Assembly (NCBI GenBank): GCA_964518875.1
Contig: CAZFHI010000008.1
Coordinates: 1,929-65,928, forward strand
From: an uncultured Oscillospiraceae bacterium
Lineage (GTDB): Bacteria; Bacillota; Clostridia; Christensenellales; Aristaeellaceae
DNA length: 64,000 nt
Direction: 5' to 3'
The notes under the pieces are model-generated. The model searched no databases and was not told where the DNA came from. It worked only from the letters and a program-made list of their open reading frames with translations. This document shows positions 1 through 10,950 of this stretch, one piece after another. The translations under genes were made by a program, and so were the position numbers. Position 1 is the stretch's first letter, and every line of letters starts with the position of its first letter.

Positions 1-217
1 AGAATATGTTGATGCTCTGTTGCGCGGTTTACGCAACCAAGTAGATATTCTTCGGGAAAACGATGCCGTGCGCTCCTTAATTATGAATATTGTTCCCACA
101 TACAAGCCGGCAGAAGAAGTAAATAAAACAGCTGAGCATACATCTGAATTTCGGATGGCTGCAGATCACCCTTACATAAAAATTAAGCCTATACAGAATA
201 CCAGCAAAGGTTTATAG
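1..217 (+). CDS. 3' end of a gene that starts upstream of the window (last ~72 codons). Product not assignable; the tail is only vaguely reminiscent of CapD-type polysaccharide biosynthesis proteins.
   Basis: Frame 2 is open from nt 2 (EYVDALLRGLRNQVDIL...) to TAG at 215-217. A hairpin terminator follows at 294-319. Confidence 0.35.
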   Translation, partial: EYVDALLRGLRNQVDILRENDAVRSLIMNIVPTYKPAEEVNKTAEHTSEFRMAADHPYIKIKPIQNTSKGL

Positions 218-293
218 AAATATCTAAATGTATTAAGACTTTATATAAGTCTAATATTCGTTTATAGAGTACAAATCAATTAAATATATATAG

Positions 294-319
294 ATCGGGA
301 GCTTAAGCTCCCGATTTTA
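294..319. terminator. Rho-independent terminator hairpin between two convergent gene ends
   Basis: Perfect 22-nt palindrome ATCGGGAGCTTAAGCTCCCGAT (294-315) followed by TTTT. It sits between the end of the + strand partial gene and the end of ftsK. Confidence 0.75.
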
Positions 320-463
320 ATTATATCTATACTTCAATCAAAAAATTTTCAGTATTTTAATATAGCTCACAAAGCAGTTCAGACATTTTTTAAGAAGCAT
401 AAGTTTATAACATATTTATATTTTAAACTAACAAACAACTTTGCAAATCTTATATATAAATCC

Positions 464-3301
464 CTACCTTATCCTTTCATCCCCTGCTTCAACAAGGCGG
501 TTGTATTCTTCGCGCGTCATAAGCGTTACGCGGGGCTTGGTGCCTTCGCTGGGGCCTACTATGCCGCGGCGCTCCATTTCGTCTACAAGCCTGCCGGCTC
601 TGCCGTAGCCTACGCGCAAAACGCGCTGAAGCATGCTTATTGATGTCTGCCCGGATTCAACCGCCATTTCTATTGCGTCAGGCAAAAGCTCGTCAAATAC
701 TTCAGTATTTTCTGAGGAGTAATAGTCAGGGCCCTTCTTTTCCTGCTTTTTAGCGTCCTCTATATGCTCCATAAGATCCGCGTTATATTCTGTCTGGTTG
801 CGGCTCTTTACATATTCTGTAACAGATTCCACGTCTTTATCCGATATAAAGCAGCCCTGAACGCGCGAAGGCGCAGGAGACGTGCGCGGCATATACAGCA
901 TATCGCCGTAGCCCAAAAGCTTTTCCGCGCCGACAGAATCCAATATGGTTCTGCTGTCCACCTGAGACGTAACCTGAAAAGCTATGCGGCTTGGAATATT
1001 AGCTTTTATAACTCCAGTTATTACGTTTACCGAAGGACGCTGAGTAGCTAAAATAAGGCATATGCCAGCCGCCCTCGCTTTTGCAGTAATGCGTTTTATA
1101 TATTCTTCAACCTCTTTGCCGCTTGTTAAAATTAAATCCGCCATTTCATCTATGATCACAACGATATAAGGCATTTTTTCTTCGCCTGGGTTAAGACGCT
1201 TGTTGTAGCCCGCTATGTTGCGCGCGCCGCTTTTCTGCATGCGCAAATAGCGGTCGTCCATTTCGTCGCACAGCCACTCCAGTGCCGCGGCAGCATCATT
1301 AACGTCTGTAATTACAGGCGAAAGAAGATGCGGGCAGGCGTTATAAGGCTGCAGCTCAACAAACTTAGGGTCAACGAGTATAAGGCGCACCTGATCCGGC
1401 CTTGCGCGGTACAAAAGACTCGTAATTACAGAGTTAATGCATACAGATTTGCCGGAGCCCGTAGCGCCCGCTATTAGCAGGTGCGGCATACTACTTAAGT
1501 CGCATATTATAGGCGTGCCCGCTATGTCCTTTCCAAGGGCTACTGTGGTCGGCGAATTATTGTTTAAAAGCTTTTTAGAAAACAAGACCTCTCTTAAATA
1601 TACGGTTTCCGCCTTGTCATTTGCTACTTCTATGCCTACAAGCGGCGTTCCCGGGATCGGTATCTCCGCGCGCACAGGCGCTTTCGCGAGCAACTCAAGC
1701 GAAAGGTTGTCTAAAACATTTCTTATCTTATTTACGTTTACGCCTTCGCCTAAACGTATGGCAAAGCGGGTTATGGCAGGCCCATGCACAATCTGCTGCA
1801 CAGTCGCTGGAATATTAAAAGAATCCAGCGTCTGTACAAGTTTCTTTGCGCGTTTAACGTCTTCTTCGCTCGTATCTTCTCTGCTGCCTTCAGGACATGA
1901 TGACAGCAGTCTCTCCGGCGGTATGTCGTAGTATTCCGGCACAAACGAAAGCTGTTCTCCGTTTGATTTTAAGTTCCCGCCCGATTTTTCGAATGTTTTC
2001 TTTTTTGGTTTTAAATTGACCGCCGTATTTTCAGCTTTTGGTTCACGCTTTTTGTTTTCTATTTTATTTTCGTTTTTATCTTCTTCAGGCTTGCTGTTTT
2101 CAAAACTTTTTTGTTTGAGATTTGGTGAACATGAAATATCCTGAGCTTCATCAGGCGACGTTTTTTGATCGTCTTTTATACATTCAGATGAATATATCTG
2201 ACTTGTATTATTAGCTGTATAGTTGTTGTCTGCATCTTGTATTGCTTTTTTTATTCCTGATTGCTGCTCGTCTTGCGCTTTATATAATGCGCTTTGTGTC
2301 TGCCGCTGCGCGCGCACGTCGTTTATCATGGAAGCGTTTTCTTTATTAAAATAATTTTGCGAATGTTCATCGTGCTTTTTTATATGACGAGCTGTTTCCT
2401 GACCTGTAAGGTTATAGAAATCGTCCATATTGTCCTCAACAGGTTTAAATCCAAGCTGTTCATCTGTTTTTTCATTGTAAAAAGCGTTTGGATCTATTGC
2501 CGGCGCGCCGAAAAGAGATTCCTGCACAAGCGGAGCGTCCCACGTAACCTGCTTAGACGCTGTGTTTTCCTCAGCTTCATAAACAGGCTGTTTCTGCGTT
2601 GCCGCAGTATTTGCTCCTTCATGTGCATCAGTTTCATTTAAGGGGTCTTTATCTATGCTGTTAACAGCCTGAGCCCGCTTTTTATCGCTAAGCTTCTGTG
2701 CATAGATAATAGGATTAAAGCCTATAAGCGCAAAAAGCTGTGCCGCCGCCGCAATTACTATAAGCATTATTCCGCCCGCTTTGCCAAGCAGTTTCCAAAG
2801 CGGGAACGCTATAAGCATGCCTATCCATCCCCCTCCGGGCAATGGCGTGGCGCGCCCCCCAAACTGCGCATAAGCTGCGCTCAGATAGGCGCCGTAGCTT
2901 GTTGGGTTGGGATGTTTTAAATAGTGAATATTTAAGTTAAGAGTATAGTCCATAAGCGTTCCATAGCCTGTAACGGTGCTTATGAGCGTAATAAAAGTTA
3001 AAATACAAACATATAAAGAAAAACTTAACAAAGCGACTCTTAACGAAGCGCGTCTTTTTGAAGATACAGCAAAAGAAGCGCCCAAGGCTATTAGCAAAAA
3101 AGGCAGCGGCACATTAAAATTGCCTGAAAGGCTTATTACAACGCTTTTAAAGAATGCAAGCGAGCGCGTAGTTGTAGGAGCAGAAATGCCAAGCAGAAAA
3201 CACACGCCTAGGGTTATCATAATAACGGCCATGCAAAGCATAAATACGCCCGCTCTGTCCGTAGAGCGAATATTCTGCTGTGCCTTGCTTCTTGTACTCA
3301 C
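464..3301 (-). CDS. ftsK: DNA translocase FtsK/SpoIIIE
   Basis: 945 aa. N-terminal polytopic membrane region, then a long low-complexity Q/E/K/N-rich linker. C-terminal motor has Walker A GATGSGKSVCIN and Walker B IVVIIDEMADL. A gamma-type winged helix is present (SISMLQRVLRVGYGRAGRLVDEME). The GTG start overlaps the upstream stop by 1 nt. Confidence 0.95.
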   Translation of the reverse strand: MSTRSKAQQNIRSTDRAGVFMLCMAVIMITLGVCFLLGISAPTTTRSLAFFKSVVISLSGNFNVPLPFLLIALGASFAVSSKRRASLRVALLSFSLYVCILTFITLISTVTGYGTLMDYTLNLNIHYLKHPNPTSYGAYLSAAYAQFGGRATPLPGGGWIGMLIAFPLWKLLGKAGGIMLIVIAAAAQLFALIGFNPIIYAQKLSDKKRAQAVNSIDKDPLNETDAHEGANTAATQKQPVYEAEENTASKQVTWDAPLVQESLFGAPAIDPNAFYNEKTDEQLGFKPVEDNMDDFYNLTGQETARHIKKHDEHSQNYFNKENASMINDVRAQRQTQSALYKAQDEQQSGIKKAIQDADNNYTANNTSQIYSSECIKDDQKTSPDEAQDISCSPNLKQKSFENSKPEEDKNENKIENKKREPKAENTAVNLKPKKKTFEKSGGNLKSNGEQLSFVPEYYDIPPERLLSSCPEGSREDTSEEDVKRAKKLVQTLDSFNIPATVQQIVHGPAITRFAIRLGEGVNVNKIRNVLDNLSLELLAKAPVRAEIPIPGTPLVGIEVANDKAETVYLREVLFSKKLLNNNSPTTVALGKDIAGTPIICDLSSMPHLLIAGATGSGKSVCINSVITSLLYRARPDQVRLILVDPKFVELQPYNACPHLLSPVITDVNDAAAALEWLCDEMDDRYLRMQKSGARNIAGYNKRLNPGEEKMPYIVVIIDEMADLILTSGKEVEEYIKRITAKARAAGICLILATQRPSVNVITGVIKANIPSRIAFQVTSQVDSRTILDSVGAEKLLGYGDMLYMPRTSPAPSRVQGCFISDKDVESVTEYVKSRNQTEYNADLMEHIEDAKKQEKKGPDYYSSENTEVFDELLPDAIEMAVESGQTSISMLQRVLRVGYGRAGRLVDEMERRGIVGPSEGTKPRVTLMTREEYNRLVEAGDERIR

Positions 3302-4506
3302 TATTCTCCTTCTTTCTGTATAAGCATCGCTGAAAATATATCTTGTTTATCTATACTTATCATAACGCTGAATTCGCCAAAGGAGTACATAAGTCCTTCC
3401 CCTTCTTCAACGAAATACTGCTCTGCAACGCTGCCTTCAAGCGGCAGCACGGCCAAAGGTTCGCCAAAAGATTTAATTATATCTTGTTTTTTTGTAACAC
3501 CTGTTTTGCAGTTTGCTACTGACATTCTCTTTGCAAGCATGCCGTTCACCGTTGTTTTCCCATCATTTACTATAGGATAAATGTTTCTGAATTCCGGCGC
3601 TTCAAGCACGTAGCGTTCTGAAGAAATATAGCGTTCAGGGTCTGTAAGCTCTTTGTATTTTTCAAGCACTTCCTGTATTGGTTTTCCTATTATGTCAGGC
3701 ACATTTGGAAGCCTGCCCTTTGAAATGTTTTCTTTATCTAAATCAGCGTTATCTGCATTAAGCGCATCGAGTTTTAACAAAGGACTGTTTTCGCTTAAAT
3801 TGAGCATATCCTTAAGCTCATAATAATAAAATGAAAACGCCGCCGATCTGTCGGATAAAAACTTAAATCCCGGCTGAGAATAGCTTATAAATACGCCTGT
3901 TTGCGTAAGTATCGCTCTGTCAAGCGGTACAGGCAGCGCATCTGAAACATCGTAAAAAGACATATTGACAAGCTTGTCTTCAATCCATGCTTCAATTTTT
4001 CCCTGGGCGGAAGCGTTAAATATATTCTTCGCTTCAAAAGGCTCGCCGGTATCGCATAAAAACATAAGCGGTATATATTCATGTCCCCGCAATCCGGATA
4101 ACAGCCTTCCTTCCACAGAAATAAGAACGCTTATAATATACGGTTCTGCTTTCGCGCTCAATATGCACGCTTCGCTTAATATGCTGGTTTCGCTTCCATA
4201 GCCTGATTCGCCCAAAGCAATAAAGCTGTCCACATTGGCCGCCTGTTTTATTGCATAGTTTATTTTCTCTTCCGCCGCTTTATTTTGAATATCCCTTATT
4301 TGCGGATAATCTATTTTTACGTTCCCGCTCGTTTCTTTTATAAATTCAATCCGTGCCTTACTTTTTACATTTGAAGCTATAAGCGGCGCAGGTGAAATAT
4401 ACGGCGTATCAGTATTTTGTTCTTCTTTAATAGACGCTTGCGCCAAAGCCGTTAAAGGCACAAGAATCGCAGTAAATATTATGCACAGGCGTTTTATTGT
4501 CTTCAT
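3301..4506 (-). CDS. Secreted protein of unknown function, DUF4163/DUF3298-like (RsiV/PdaC-N-like) envelope domain
   Basis: 401 aa. Sec signal peptide MKTIKRLCIIFTAILVPLTALAQA. The segment DYPQIRDIQNKAAEEKINYAIKQ resembles the DUF4163/DUF3298 signature as I remember it. Translationally abuts ftsK. Confidence 0.55.
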   Translation of the reverse strand: MKTIKRLCIIFTAILVPLTALAQASIKEEQNTDTPYISPAPLIASNVKSKARIEFIKETSGNVKIDYPQIRDIQNKAAEEKINYAIKQAANVDSFIALGESGYGSETSILSEACILSAKAEPYIISVLISVEGRLLSGLRGHEYIPLMFLCDTGEPFEAKNIFNASAQGKIEAWIEDKLVNMSFYDVSDALPVPLDRAILTQTGVFISYSQPGFKFLSDRSAAFSFYYYELKDMLNLSENSPLLKLDALNADNADLDKENISKGRLPNVPDIIGKPIQEVLEKYKELTDPERYISSERYVLEAPEFRNIYPIVNDGKTTVNGMLAKRMSVANCKTGVTKKQDIIKSFGEPLAVLPLEGSVAEQYFVEEGEGLMYSFGEFSVMISIDKQDIFSAMLIQKEGE

Positions 4507-4598
4507 GGCAAAACCTCCTGTATATATTTTAGCTTAAAGCATGAATTGTTTCAAGTTTAATACATAATATTTACCTATTATTACATGCAAAATATGTT

Positions 4599-5819
4599 TT
4601 AATTATAAACGGGGCCTATAAGCGCCTTGGCGCATGGGATATGCAGCATTTCAGACGCCGCATGCACGTCAGACCTTGTAACGGAGTCTATGTTGTTTAA
4701 AGTCTCAGACAGGCTTATATATTTTTTAAGGCTTATTTCCTGCTCTCCCAGGTCGTGCATGCGGTGCATAAGGCTCTCCTCAGCTATTACCACAGCTGTT
4801 TTAACCTGTACCTTGGCGTAATCAAGTTCCTCCTCCGTTACGCCGTCCGTTTTAAGCTTTCTAAGCTGTTCATATATTTCGCTTTCGACTTTCGCTATAT
4901 TTTCCGGCCTGCAGGCTGCGTAAACAATAAAATCGCCTATATAAGGGTATGTGGTATAGCTCGAATACACCTGATAAGCGAGCGCGCGCTCTTCCCTTAC
5001 GCTCTGGAAAAGCCTTGATGAATTTCCCCCGCCAAGTATGGTTGAAAGAATGGACATAGTGTATGCTCTTTTATCGCCTTCAGCCACGCCTTCAAATCCA
5101 AGGCATATATGCGCCTGTTCAGTATCCTTTTTGATATACAGCTTTTTATGTTCATAAAGAAACTTATTTTCAGGGTAAGCCGCTTCGGTGCCCTGTTCCC
5201 AGCAGGAAAAGCACCGCTCTATTTTTGATTTTATTTTTTCTTTATCAAATTTCCCAGCTACTACTACAAGCGCGTTGTTTGCTACATAATATTTGCTCCT
5301 GAAGTCATTTAACGACTGCGTTTTATATTTAAGCAGCGCTTCCTTTTCACCTAATATGGTTTCAGACAGGCTTCCCTCATACAGCGCTTTATTTATAAGG
5401 TCAAAAACGCTTTCTTCCGGCGAATCCTCAACCATGGCGATTTCTTCAGCTATTACGCGTTTTCCTTTTTTAAACGAGTCCTCGTCTAATACAGGGTTCA
5501 GCGCGATATCCGCTAAAAGCTCTATGCAGCTTTCTATTTCATCAGGCAAAACCCTTGCGTAATACACAGTGCTCGTGCGGCTTGTAGCTGCGTTTATCTG
5601 CCCTCCGAGAGCGTCCATCTGCTTTGCAATCTGTTTTGCGTTCCTCGTAAAAGTACCCTTAAACGCCATATGCTCCATGAAGTGCGAAAGGCCGTTTTCA
5701 TCTCTGCTTTCAAGCATTGAGCCCGCCTTAACCCATACGCCTGCGGCGGCTGAGTAGCTCTTGCTGTCAAGATCCAGTATTACTTTAAGGCCGTTTGGCA
5801 AGCTGTAGCGTTCCGTCAT
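4599..5819 (-). CDS. M16-family (pitrilysin/insulinase-like) zinc peptidase
   Basis: 406 aa with the inverted zinc motif HFMEHMAFKGT (HxxEH). Located immediately downstream of pnp, as in many Firmicutes. Confidence 0.88.
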   Translation of the reverse strand: MTERYSLPNGLKVILDLDSKSYSAAAGVWVKAGSMLESRDENGLSHFMEHMAFKGTFTRNAKQIAKQMDALGGQINAATSRTSTVYYARVLPDEIESCIELLADIALNPVLDEDSFKKGKRVIAEEIAMVEDSPEESVFDLINKALYEGSLSETILGEKEALLKYKTQSLNDFRSKYYVANNALVVVAGKFDKEKIKSKIERCFSCWEQGTEAAYPENKFLYEHKKLYIKKDTEQAHICLGFEGVAEGDKRAYTMSILSTILGGGNSSRLFQSVREERALAYQVYSSYTTYPYIGDFIVYAACRPENIAKVESEIYEQLRKLKTDGVTEEELDYAKVQVKTAVVIAEESLMHRMHDLGEQEISLKKYISLSETLNNIDSVTRSDVHAASEMLHIPCAKALIGPVYN

Positions 5820-5831
5820 CTATACCTTCTT

Positions 5832-5861
5832 TAAATAAACAAGACCTGCGAAAACCGCAGG
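5832..5861 (-). terminator. Hairpin terminator downstream of pnp
   Basis: Minus-strand RNA reads CCUGCG-GUUUU-CGCAGG followed by UCUUGUUUAUUU. Confidence 0.6.
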
Positions 5862-5885
5862 CGTTGTTTTAATTTATCTGTCGTT

Positions 5886-8060
5886 TTAGTCGTTTTTTCT
5901 GTCGCGGCTCTGGCCGTCTCTGCGCGGCGGGCGGCGGCGTTCCGAACCACCGTGCGCTCCTCTGCTGCGCGGCTTATATTCCATGTCGTTGCGCAGAAGG
6001 TTTATCCTGCCCTGCGAATCTATTTCCGACACCTTTACTTCTATTGTATCGCCTATGTTCAGCACGTCTTCAACCTTATCCACATGCTCGTTTGCAAGCT
6101 TGCTTATGTGCAGCAGGCCGTCCTTTCCGGGCAGAAGCTCTATAAACGCTCCCATGTTGCTAAGTATTCTGACAACCTTGCCAAGATATACTTCGCCGAC
6201 TTCTATATCCTTCGCGATGCCTTCTATTATGCTCTTGGCGCGCAGGCCTGCTTCTTCATCGTTTGTGGCGATAGCAACGCGTCCGTCGTCCTCTATGTCT
6301 ATCTTGACTCCTGTTTCATCGATTATCTTGTTTATTACTTTTCCGCCGGAGCCTATTACTTCTCTTATCTTGTCCGGATTAATATTAAACATAATGATCT
6401 TTGGAGCATAGGGGCTTAAGTGCTTGCTAGGTTCAGGCTTGGCTTCAAGCATTATCTTCAATATGTGAAGCCTGCCCTGCAGAGCCTGTTCAAGCGCTGT
6501 TTTTAATATGGCCTTGTCGATACCTGAAATCTTTATGTCCATCTGCACTGCCGTTATGCCGTTTTGGGTACCTGCAACTTTAAAGTCCATATCGCCCAAA
6601 AAGTCTTCAAGGCCCTGTATGTCTGTAAGCACTATGACTTTGCCTGTCTGCTCGTCCTTTATAAGGCCCATTGCAACGCCAGCGACAGGCGCTTTAATCT
6701 GCACGCCAGCGTCCATCAAAGATAGGGTGCTTCCGCATACGGACGCCATAGATGAAGAACCGTTGCTTGATAAAATTTCGCTCACAAGACGGATAGCGTA
6801 AGGGAATTCTTCTTCGCTCGGTATTACCGGGAGCAAGGCTCTCTCCGCCAGAGCGCCGTGGCCTATTTCACGCCTTCCCGGGGATTTAAGCCTTCCGGTT
6901 TCGCCCGTGCAGTACGGAGGGAAATTGTAGTGATGTATATAGCGCTTGCTGTCTTCGTTTGAAAGGCCGTCAAGCATCTGCGCTTCTCTTAAAGTGCCAA
7001 GCGTTGTAACCGTAAGGGCTTGTGTTTGCCCGCGCGTAAACACGGCGCTTCCGTGGGTGCGCGGCAGTATGCCCGTTTCGCACCATATAGGACGCACTTC
7101 AGTAACCTTTCTTCCGTCCGGACGTACGCCCTGATCCACTATTTTGCGGCGCATTACTTCTTTGTTCAGGTTGTAAAGAGCGTCCGCAATTTCAAGCTCT
7201 CTGCCTTCAAAAATTTCAGCGAAATGCTCCTGCACCTCGTTGGTAATCTGTTTTTCTCTCGCCTGTCTTTCCTGGCGGTCATATGTGTCAAATGCCCACT
7301 GCACTTTAGAAAGCGCAAATTCGCGCACGGCTTCCTTTATGTCCTCTCCTGTAAGCGCAAGAGGGAAATCCTTTTTGGGCTTGCCTATTTCTTCAACTAT
7401 TTTCTTTTGGAAAGCGCAGATTTCTTTTATGCTCTCATGGCCTAACAGTATGCCTTCAAGTAGCACGTCTTCCGATACCTCGTTTGCTCCGCCTTCAACC
7501 ATCATAATGGCGTCTTCCGTTCCTGCGACCGTTAAATGCATTACGCTCTTCTGGCGCCCGGCTTCATCAGGGTTTATAACATATTTTCCGTCAACCAGGC
7601 CTACTTCAACAGCGCCTATCGGGCCGTTCCACGGTATATCGCTCACCGCTATCGCGGCGGAAGAGCCTATCATGGCGGGGATCTCCGGCGGTACGTCCTG
7701 ATCCACAGATAACGCGGTAGCTACAACCTGCACGTCGTTGCGCATGCCCTTAGGAAAAAGAGGGCGCAGCGGCCTGTCTATAAGGCGGCATGTAAGTATG
7801 CCTTTTTCGCTTGGCCTTCCCTCGCGGCGTATAAAGCCGCCTGGTATTTTGCCAACAGAGTAAAGCTTTTCCAGAAAATCCACAGTAAGAGGGAAAAAGT
7901 CCGTCCCCTCGCGCGGTTCCTCGGACGCGGTTACGTTTACCATGACAACCGTATCCCCGTAGTGTACAAGCACTGTGCCGTTTGCCTGCTGTGCGTACTT
8001 GCCGAACTCAAGGGTTATTTCCCTTCCGGCAAAATCCATAGTATACTTTTTGTGTTCCAT
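5886..8060 (-). CDS. pnp: Polyribonucleotide nucleotidyltransferase (PNPase)
   Basis: Two RNase PH-like halves, KH and S1 regions, and a basic C-terminal tail. ATG at 8060 ([15 protein letters not shown]...) is preceded by GGAGAGGAAG. The ORF track extends to an upstream GTG at 8084 that lacks an RBS. Confidence 0.97.
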   Translation of the reverse strand: MEHKKYTMDFAGREITLEFGKYAQQANGTVLVHYGDTVVMVNVTASEEPREGTDFFPLTVDFLEKLYSVGKIPGGFIRREGRPSEKGILTCRLIDRPLRPLFPKGMRNDVQVVATALSVDQDVPPEIPAMIGSSAAIAVSDIPWNGPIGAVEVGLVDGKYVINPDEAGRQKSVMHLTVAGTEDAIMMVEGGANEVSEDVLLEGILLGHESIKEICAFQKKIVEEIGKPKKDFPLALTGEDIKEAVREFALSKVQWAFDTYDRQERQAREKQITNEVQEHFAEIFEGRELEIADALYNLNKEVMRRKIVDQGVRPDGRKVTEVRPIWCETGILPRTHGSAVFTRGQTQALTVTTLGTLREAQMLDGLSNEDSKRYIHHYNFPPYCTGETGRLKSPGRREIGHGALAERALLPVIPSEEEFPYAIRLVSEILSSNGSSSMASVCGSTLSLMDAGVQIKAPVAGVAMGLIKDEQTGKVIVLTDIQGLEDFLGDMDFKVAGTQNGITAVQMDIKISGIDKAILKTALEQALQGRLHILKIMLEAKPEPSKHLSPYAPKIIMFNINPDKIREVIGSGGKVINKIIDETGVKIDIEDDGRVAIATNDEEAGLRAKSIIEGIAKDIEVGEVYLGKVVRILSNMGAFIELLPGKDGLLHISKLANEHVDKVEDVLNIGDTIEVKVSEIDSQGRINLLRNDMEYKPRSRGAHGGSERRRPPRRDGQSRDRKND

Positions 8061-8104
8061 TCTCTTCCTCTCCGGCGTACTCACAGCACGCCTAACACCT
8101 TACT

Positions 8105-8142
8105 TATAAAAAGAAAACCGGACAACAAGGCGTTCTCCGGTT
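8105..8142 (-). terminator. rpsO terminator / rpsO-pnp intergenic hairpin
   Basis: Minus-strand AACCGGA-(13 nt)-UCCGGUU followed by UUCUUUUUAU. T-runs on both sides make it potentially bidirectional. Confidence 0.7.
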
Positions 8143-8152
8143 TGTTTTTGTC

Positions 8153-8416
8153 TTATTTGCGCAGCCCGAGCCTTGCGATTAATTCACGATAGCGTTCAAT
8201 ATCAGTGCGCATAAGGTAATCGAGCAGGCCGCGGCGCTGACCGACCATAAGCAAAAGCCCGCGCCTTGAGTGGTGATCGTTCTTGTTTTCTTTTAAATGC
8301 TCGTTCAGATGGTTTATACGATGCGTAAGCAAAGCTATCTGCACATCGGGCGAACCAGTGTCGTTCTCGTGGCGGCCATATTCCTTGATAATCTGCGCTT
8401 TAATTTCTTTGTCCAT
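8153..8416 (-). CDS. rpsO: 30S ribosomal protein S15
   Basis: 87 aa, [31 protein letters not shown]...[16 protein letters not shown]. Classic S15 sequence and position upstream of pnp. RBS AGGAGGA. Confidence 0.98.
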   Translation of the reverse strand: MDKEIKAQIIKEYGRHENDTGSPDVQIALLTHRINHLNEHLKENKNDHHSRRGLLLMVGQRRGLLDYLMRTDIERYRELIARLGLRK

Positions 8417-8521
8417 AATAATCCTCCTAATATCGGGGCGGTAGCCCTTTTATTATCCCCAAGAACTGCCGAATGCGTTGGAGAATCGCAGCCCGGCGTT
8501 CCGGTTCAAAACCGCTTGAAT

Positions 8522-8550
8522 AATATACCACGGTTTCTGCCTTTTGTAAA
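8522..8550 (-). promoter_or_regulatory. Sigma-A-type promoter of rpsO, followed by a ~100-nt structured leader
   Basis: Minus strand: TTTACA, 17 nt, TATATT, with TGg immediately upstream (extended -10). The leader (8417-8515) contains several short GC stems. S15 autoregulatory leaders are known in Firmicutes, but I cannot assign the fold by eye. Confidence 0.55.
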
Positions 8551-8697
8551 CCGTCATATATTAAGCTTAGCATTTTATATAATATTACTTGTAATCACAA
8601 AGGCTGTGAAAAAAAGCCGTACCGTTTTATTAACGATACAGCTTTTTATTATGCTTAATAAAATGGTAATTTATTCATTTATCAGCCACGCGTGTTT

Positions 8698-10737
8698 TTA
8701 TTGTTCAATTGAAATACGTACTTCTTCCATATTCGGAGCGATTGGGCTTTCCGAAGTAGAATTAGCCTCAAAATATGCCTGAAGCGCGTCTCGCATATAA
8801 GTCTTATCCAAGTAGACCAGTTGCTTTGCGTCATCAGCCATTTCCTTGGAATTATCCAACAGGTTGAACATAGTATATCCATCGCCGCCGCCTGCCAGGA
8901 AGCTGTTGATAACCACCTTATATCGGGCGTTCATGTTAAGCGGAGTACCGTCTGATAGAGTAACGGAAGTAAGCTTATTGCCATCTTCTGACGCCTTAAA
9001 GGCATAGGTCATACCGGCCACCTGAGGGAATTTGCCGTTTCCTTCAGGCCATGCAGAGATGCCGTTCTGCAACGCATTCCAAATAGTCTCGCCGGAAGCT
9101 TCAACCAGCATCATATTATTATCAAAAGGAAGAACGGATGTTACTTCGCGTATTGAAACTTCCCCTGCATCCAGTTTGGCGCGAATACCGCCGCCGTTAA
9201 CGATGCAAAGCTCAGCGCCATCTTCCGTGAAGAAATCAAGCAGCGCGTCTGTAACAAGGTTTGCAATGGGAGAATTCTGGCAGCGCACAAGCTCGGTAGA
9301 CCAGGGCAAATCTTCCGCCAGATACCCAATGGTTTTTTCCAGCGCTGCATCCACCTGCGCGTTATACTTATCAACCAGCGCCTTTACATCAGGATTTTCA
9401 GCATAGGCGTCTGTCAGGAACAACTGGTTGCAGATAAAACCTGATACCTTGCCATCCAACACGTTCACGTTAATCTGCGTAAGAGCTTCTCCGTGCTTAC
9501 CGGGGTTAATAAGATATTGATTGTCCCCTATAATAGTGGGACGGCCTGCGATATCGTTGCCTCCGCCAATTGAAATGTCGATATCCTTTTCCTGAAGCAT
9601 GAGATCGTCATTCTTATTGTGCAAGTGACTAAGCGCTATAATAAGATCGCATTTTTCCTTATCGCGTAGTTTGGCAACCATTTCGCCGCTCTTAGTAAGA
9701 TCGTCGTCCCATGTTATATCCGCGGTATTGGCATAAAGCGTTGTTCCTGCTGAGTTATTATCGGTGCAGCCGAAAATTCCAATTTTAAGACCGGCAGCTT
9801 CACGAATTATGTAGTCGCCAAACTGTTTGGGATACAGGCTTTCCGCGTCTTCCGGCTGATGGCCTTCCTTGTACCTGGTATTCGCGGACAACATGTCGTA
9901 TTCCGCATTATCAGAAAGACGAAGCAGGTTCTCAAAAGTATAGTCAAAGTCATGGTTGCCCAGTACTGTTGCGTCAAGATCCAATGCGTTCAATGCTGCA
10001 ACGCTCACGTCTCCCAGCGTAATGTTAGCGAGCGTAGTGTTGTAGGGAGAGTCGCCGCCGTCGACATACAGCACGTTTTCTTCGCCGATTTCCTTACGCA
10101 CTTCGTCCATTATGGTTTTGATGCGCGCAACAGAGCCGATATTAAAATTGCCGTCTGATGATGTGTATGGAATATAGTTGCCATGAATATCGGACGTTGC
10201 AAATACTGCAACAATTTGAAGCTTGTCGGCCAGTTTATAAATTATATTTTGCGCAGCTTCAACCGTTATAATGTCATCCGTCAGCTGTTCATTAGTGAAA
10301 ACGCCGTCGGCAACCGCTAATGAAAGATGATCAATATTAAGATCGGCGCCATACAGGCCCCTGGCAACAGCAAGAGCAAATTCCTTTTGGGTTACAGGCT
10401 TGCTCGGGCGGAATGAAAGGTTGTCGCTATCCAGCCCCATAAGGCCCGCATTTATTACAGCCTCAATCTCTGGCTGTGTTTCGTAGGAAACGCAATCCTT
10501 GGCGGCGGAGACAACGTTAGCGGAAACAACCGCCCCGTTGGAAGCTGAGTAACCGAGGTTGCGCGGAGTAGTTTCAAACTCCGGTATGTTCATGGGATGC
10601 ACATCCGCTAGTGCGAACAAATCGTCCAGCATCACAGCGGCTGTTGCGCGGGTTAAATTTTCCTCTGCTGCTGTACCAGGCATAACGCTGAACAACAGCA
10701 TAAAGGAAATCAGAATTGAAAAAATTTTTTTCATCAA
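8698..10737 (-). CDS. Secreted bifunctional metallophosphatase / 5'-nucleotidase-family protein with an N-terminal SLH-like region
   Basis: 679 aa. Signal peptide MMKKIFSILISFMLLFSVMPGTAA. Calcineurin-like motifs SDIHGN, GGDSPY and GNHDFDY. C-terminal 5'-nucleotidase substrate-binding-type domain. N-terminal segments (TRATAAVMLDDLF, VTQKEFALAVARGLYG) resemble SLH repeats. Confidence 0.82.
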   Translation of the reverse strand: MMKKIFSILISFMLLFSVMPGTAAEENLTRATAAVMLDDLFALADVHPMNIPEFETTPRNLGYSASNGAVVSANVVSAAKDCVSYETQPEIEAVINAGLMGLDSDNLSFRPSKPVTQKEFALAVARGLYGADLNIDHLSLAVADGVFTNEQLTDDIITVEAAQNIIYKLADKLQIVAVFATSDIHGNYIPYTSSDGNFNIGSVARIKTIMDEVRKEIGEENVLYVDGGDSPYNTTLANITLGDVSVAALNALDLDATVLGNHDFDYTFENLLRLSDNAEYDMLSANTRYKEGHQPEDAESLYPKQFGDYIIREAAGLKIGIFGCTDNNSAGTTLYANTADITWDDDLTKSGEMVAKLRDKEKCDLIIALSHLHNKNDDLMLQEKDIDISIGGGNDIAGRPTIIGDNQYLINPGKHGEALTQINVNVLDGKVSGFICNQLFLTDAYAENPDVKALVDKYNAQVDAALEKTIGYLAEDLPWSTELVRCQNSPIANLVTDALLDFFTEDGAELCIVNGGGIRAKLDAGEVSIREVTSVLPFDNNMMLVEASGETIWNALQNGISAWPEGNGKFPQVAGMTYAFKASEDGNKLTSVTLSDGTPLNMNARYKVVINSFLAGGGDGYTMFNLLDNSKEMADDAKQLVYLDKTYMRDALQAYFEANSTSESPIAPNMEEVRISIEQ

Positions 10738-10950
10738 CTATTCTCTCCTTTCAAGTTGTCACTTTATCCTTTGCGTCCAAACTCACAGTTTAACTATAGC
10801 ACATATTATATGAATACACAGAGGGCAAACAGTAAAGATTGTGTAAAATCATAAAACTCTCACAAGCAAATTGCTCATATTGAAAACTTTGGCTATATTG
10901 TGATAAACTTTATGTACAGGCAGATTTTAAATGTTTTTTGGGAGGATCAA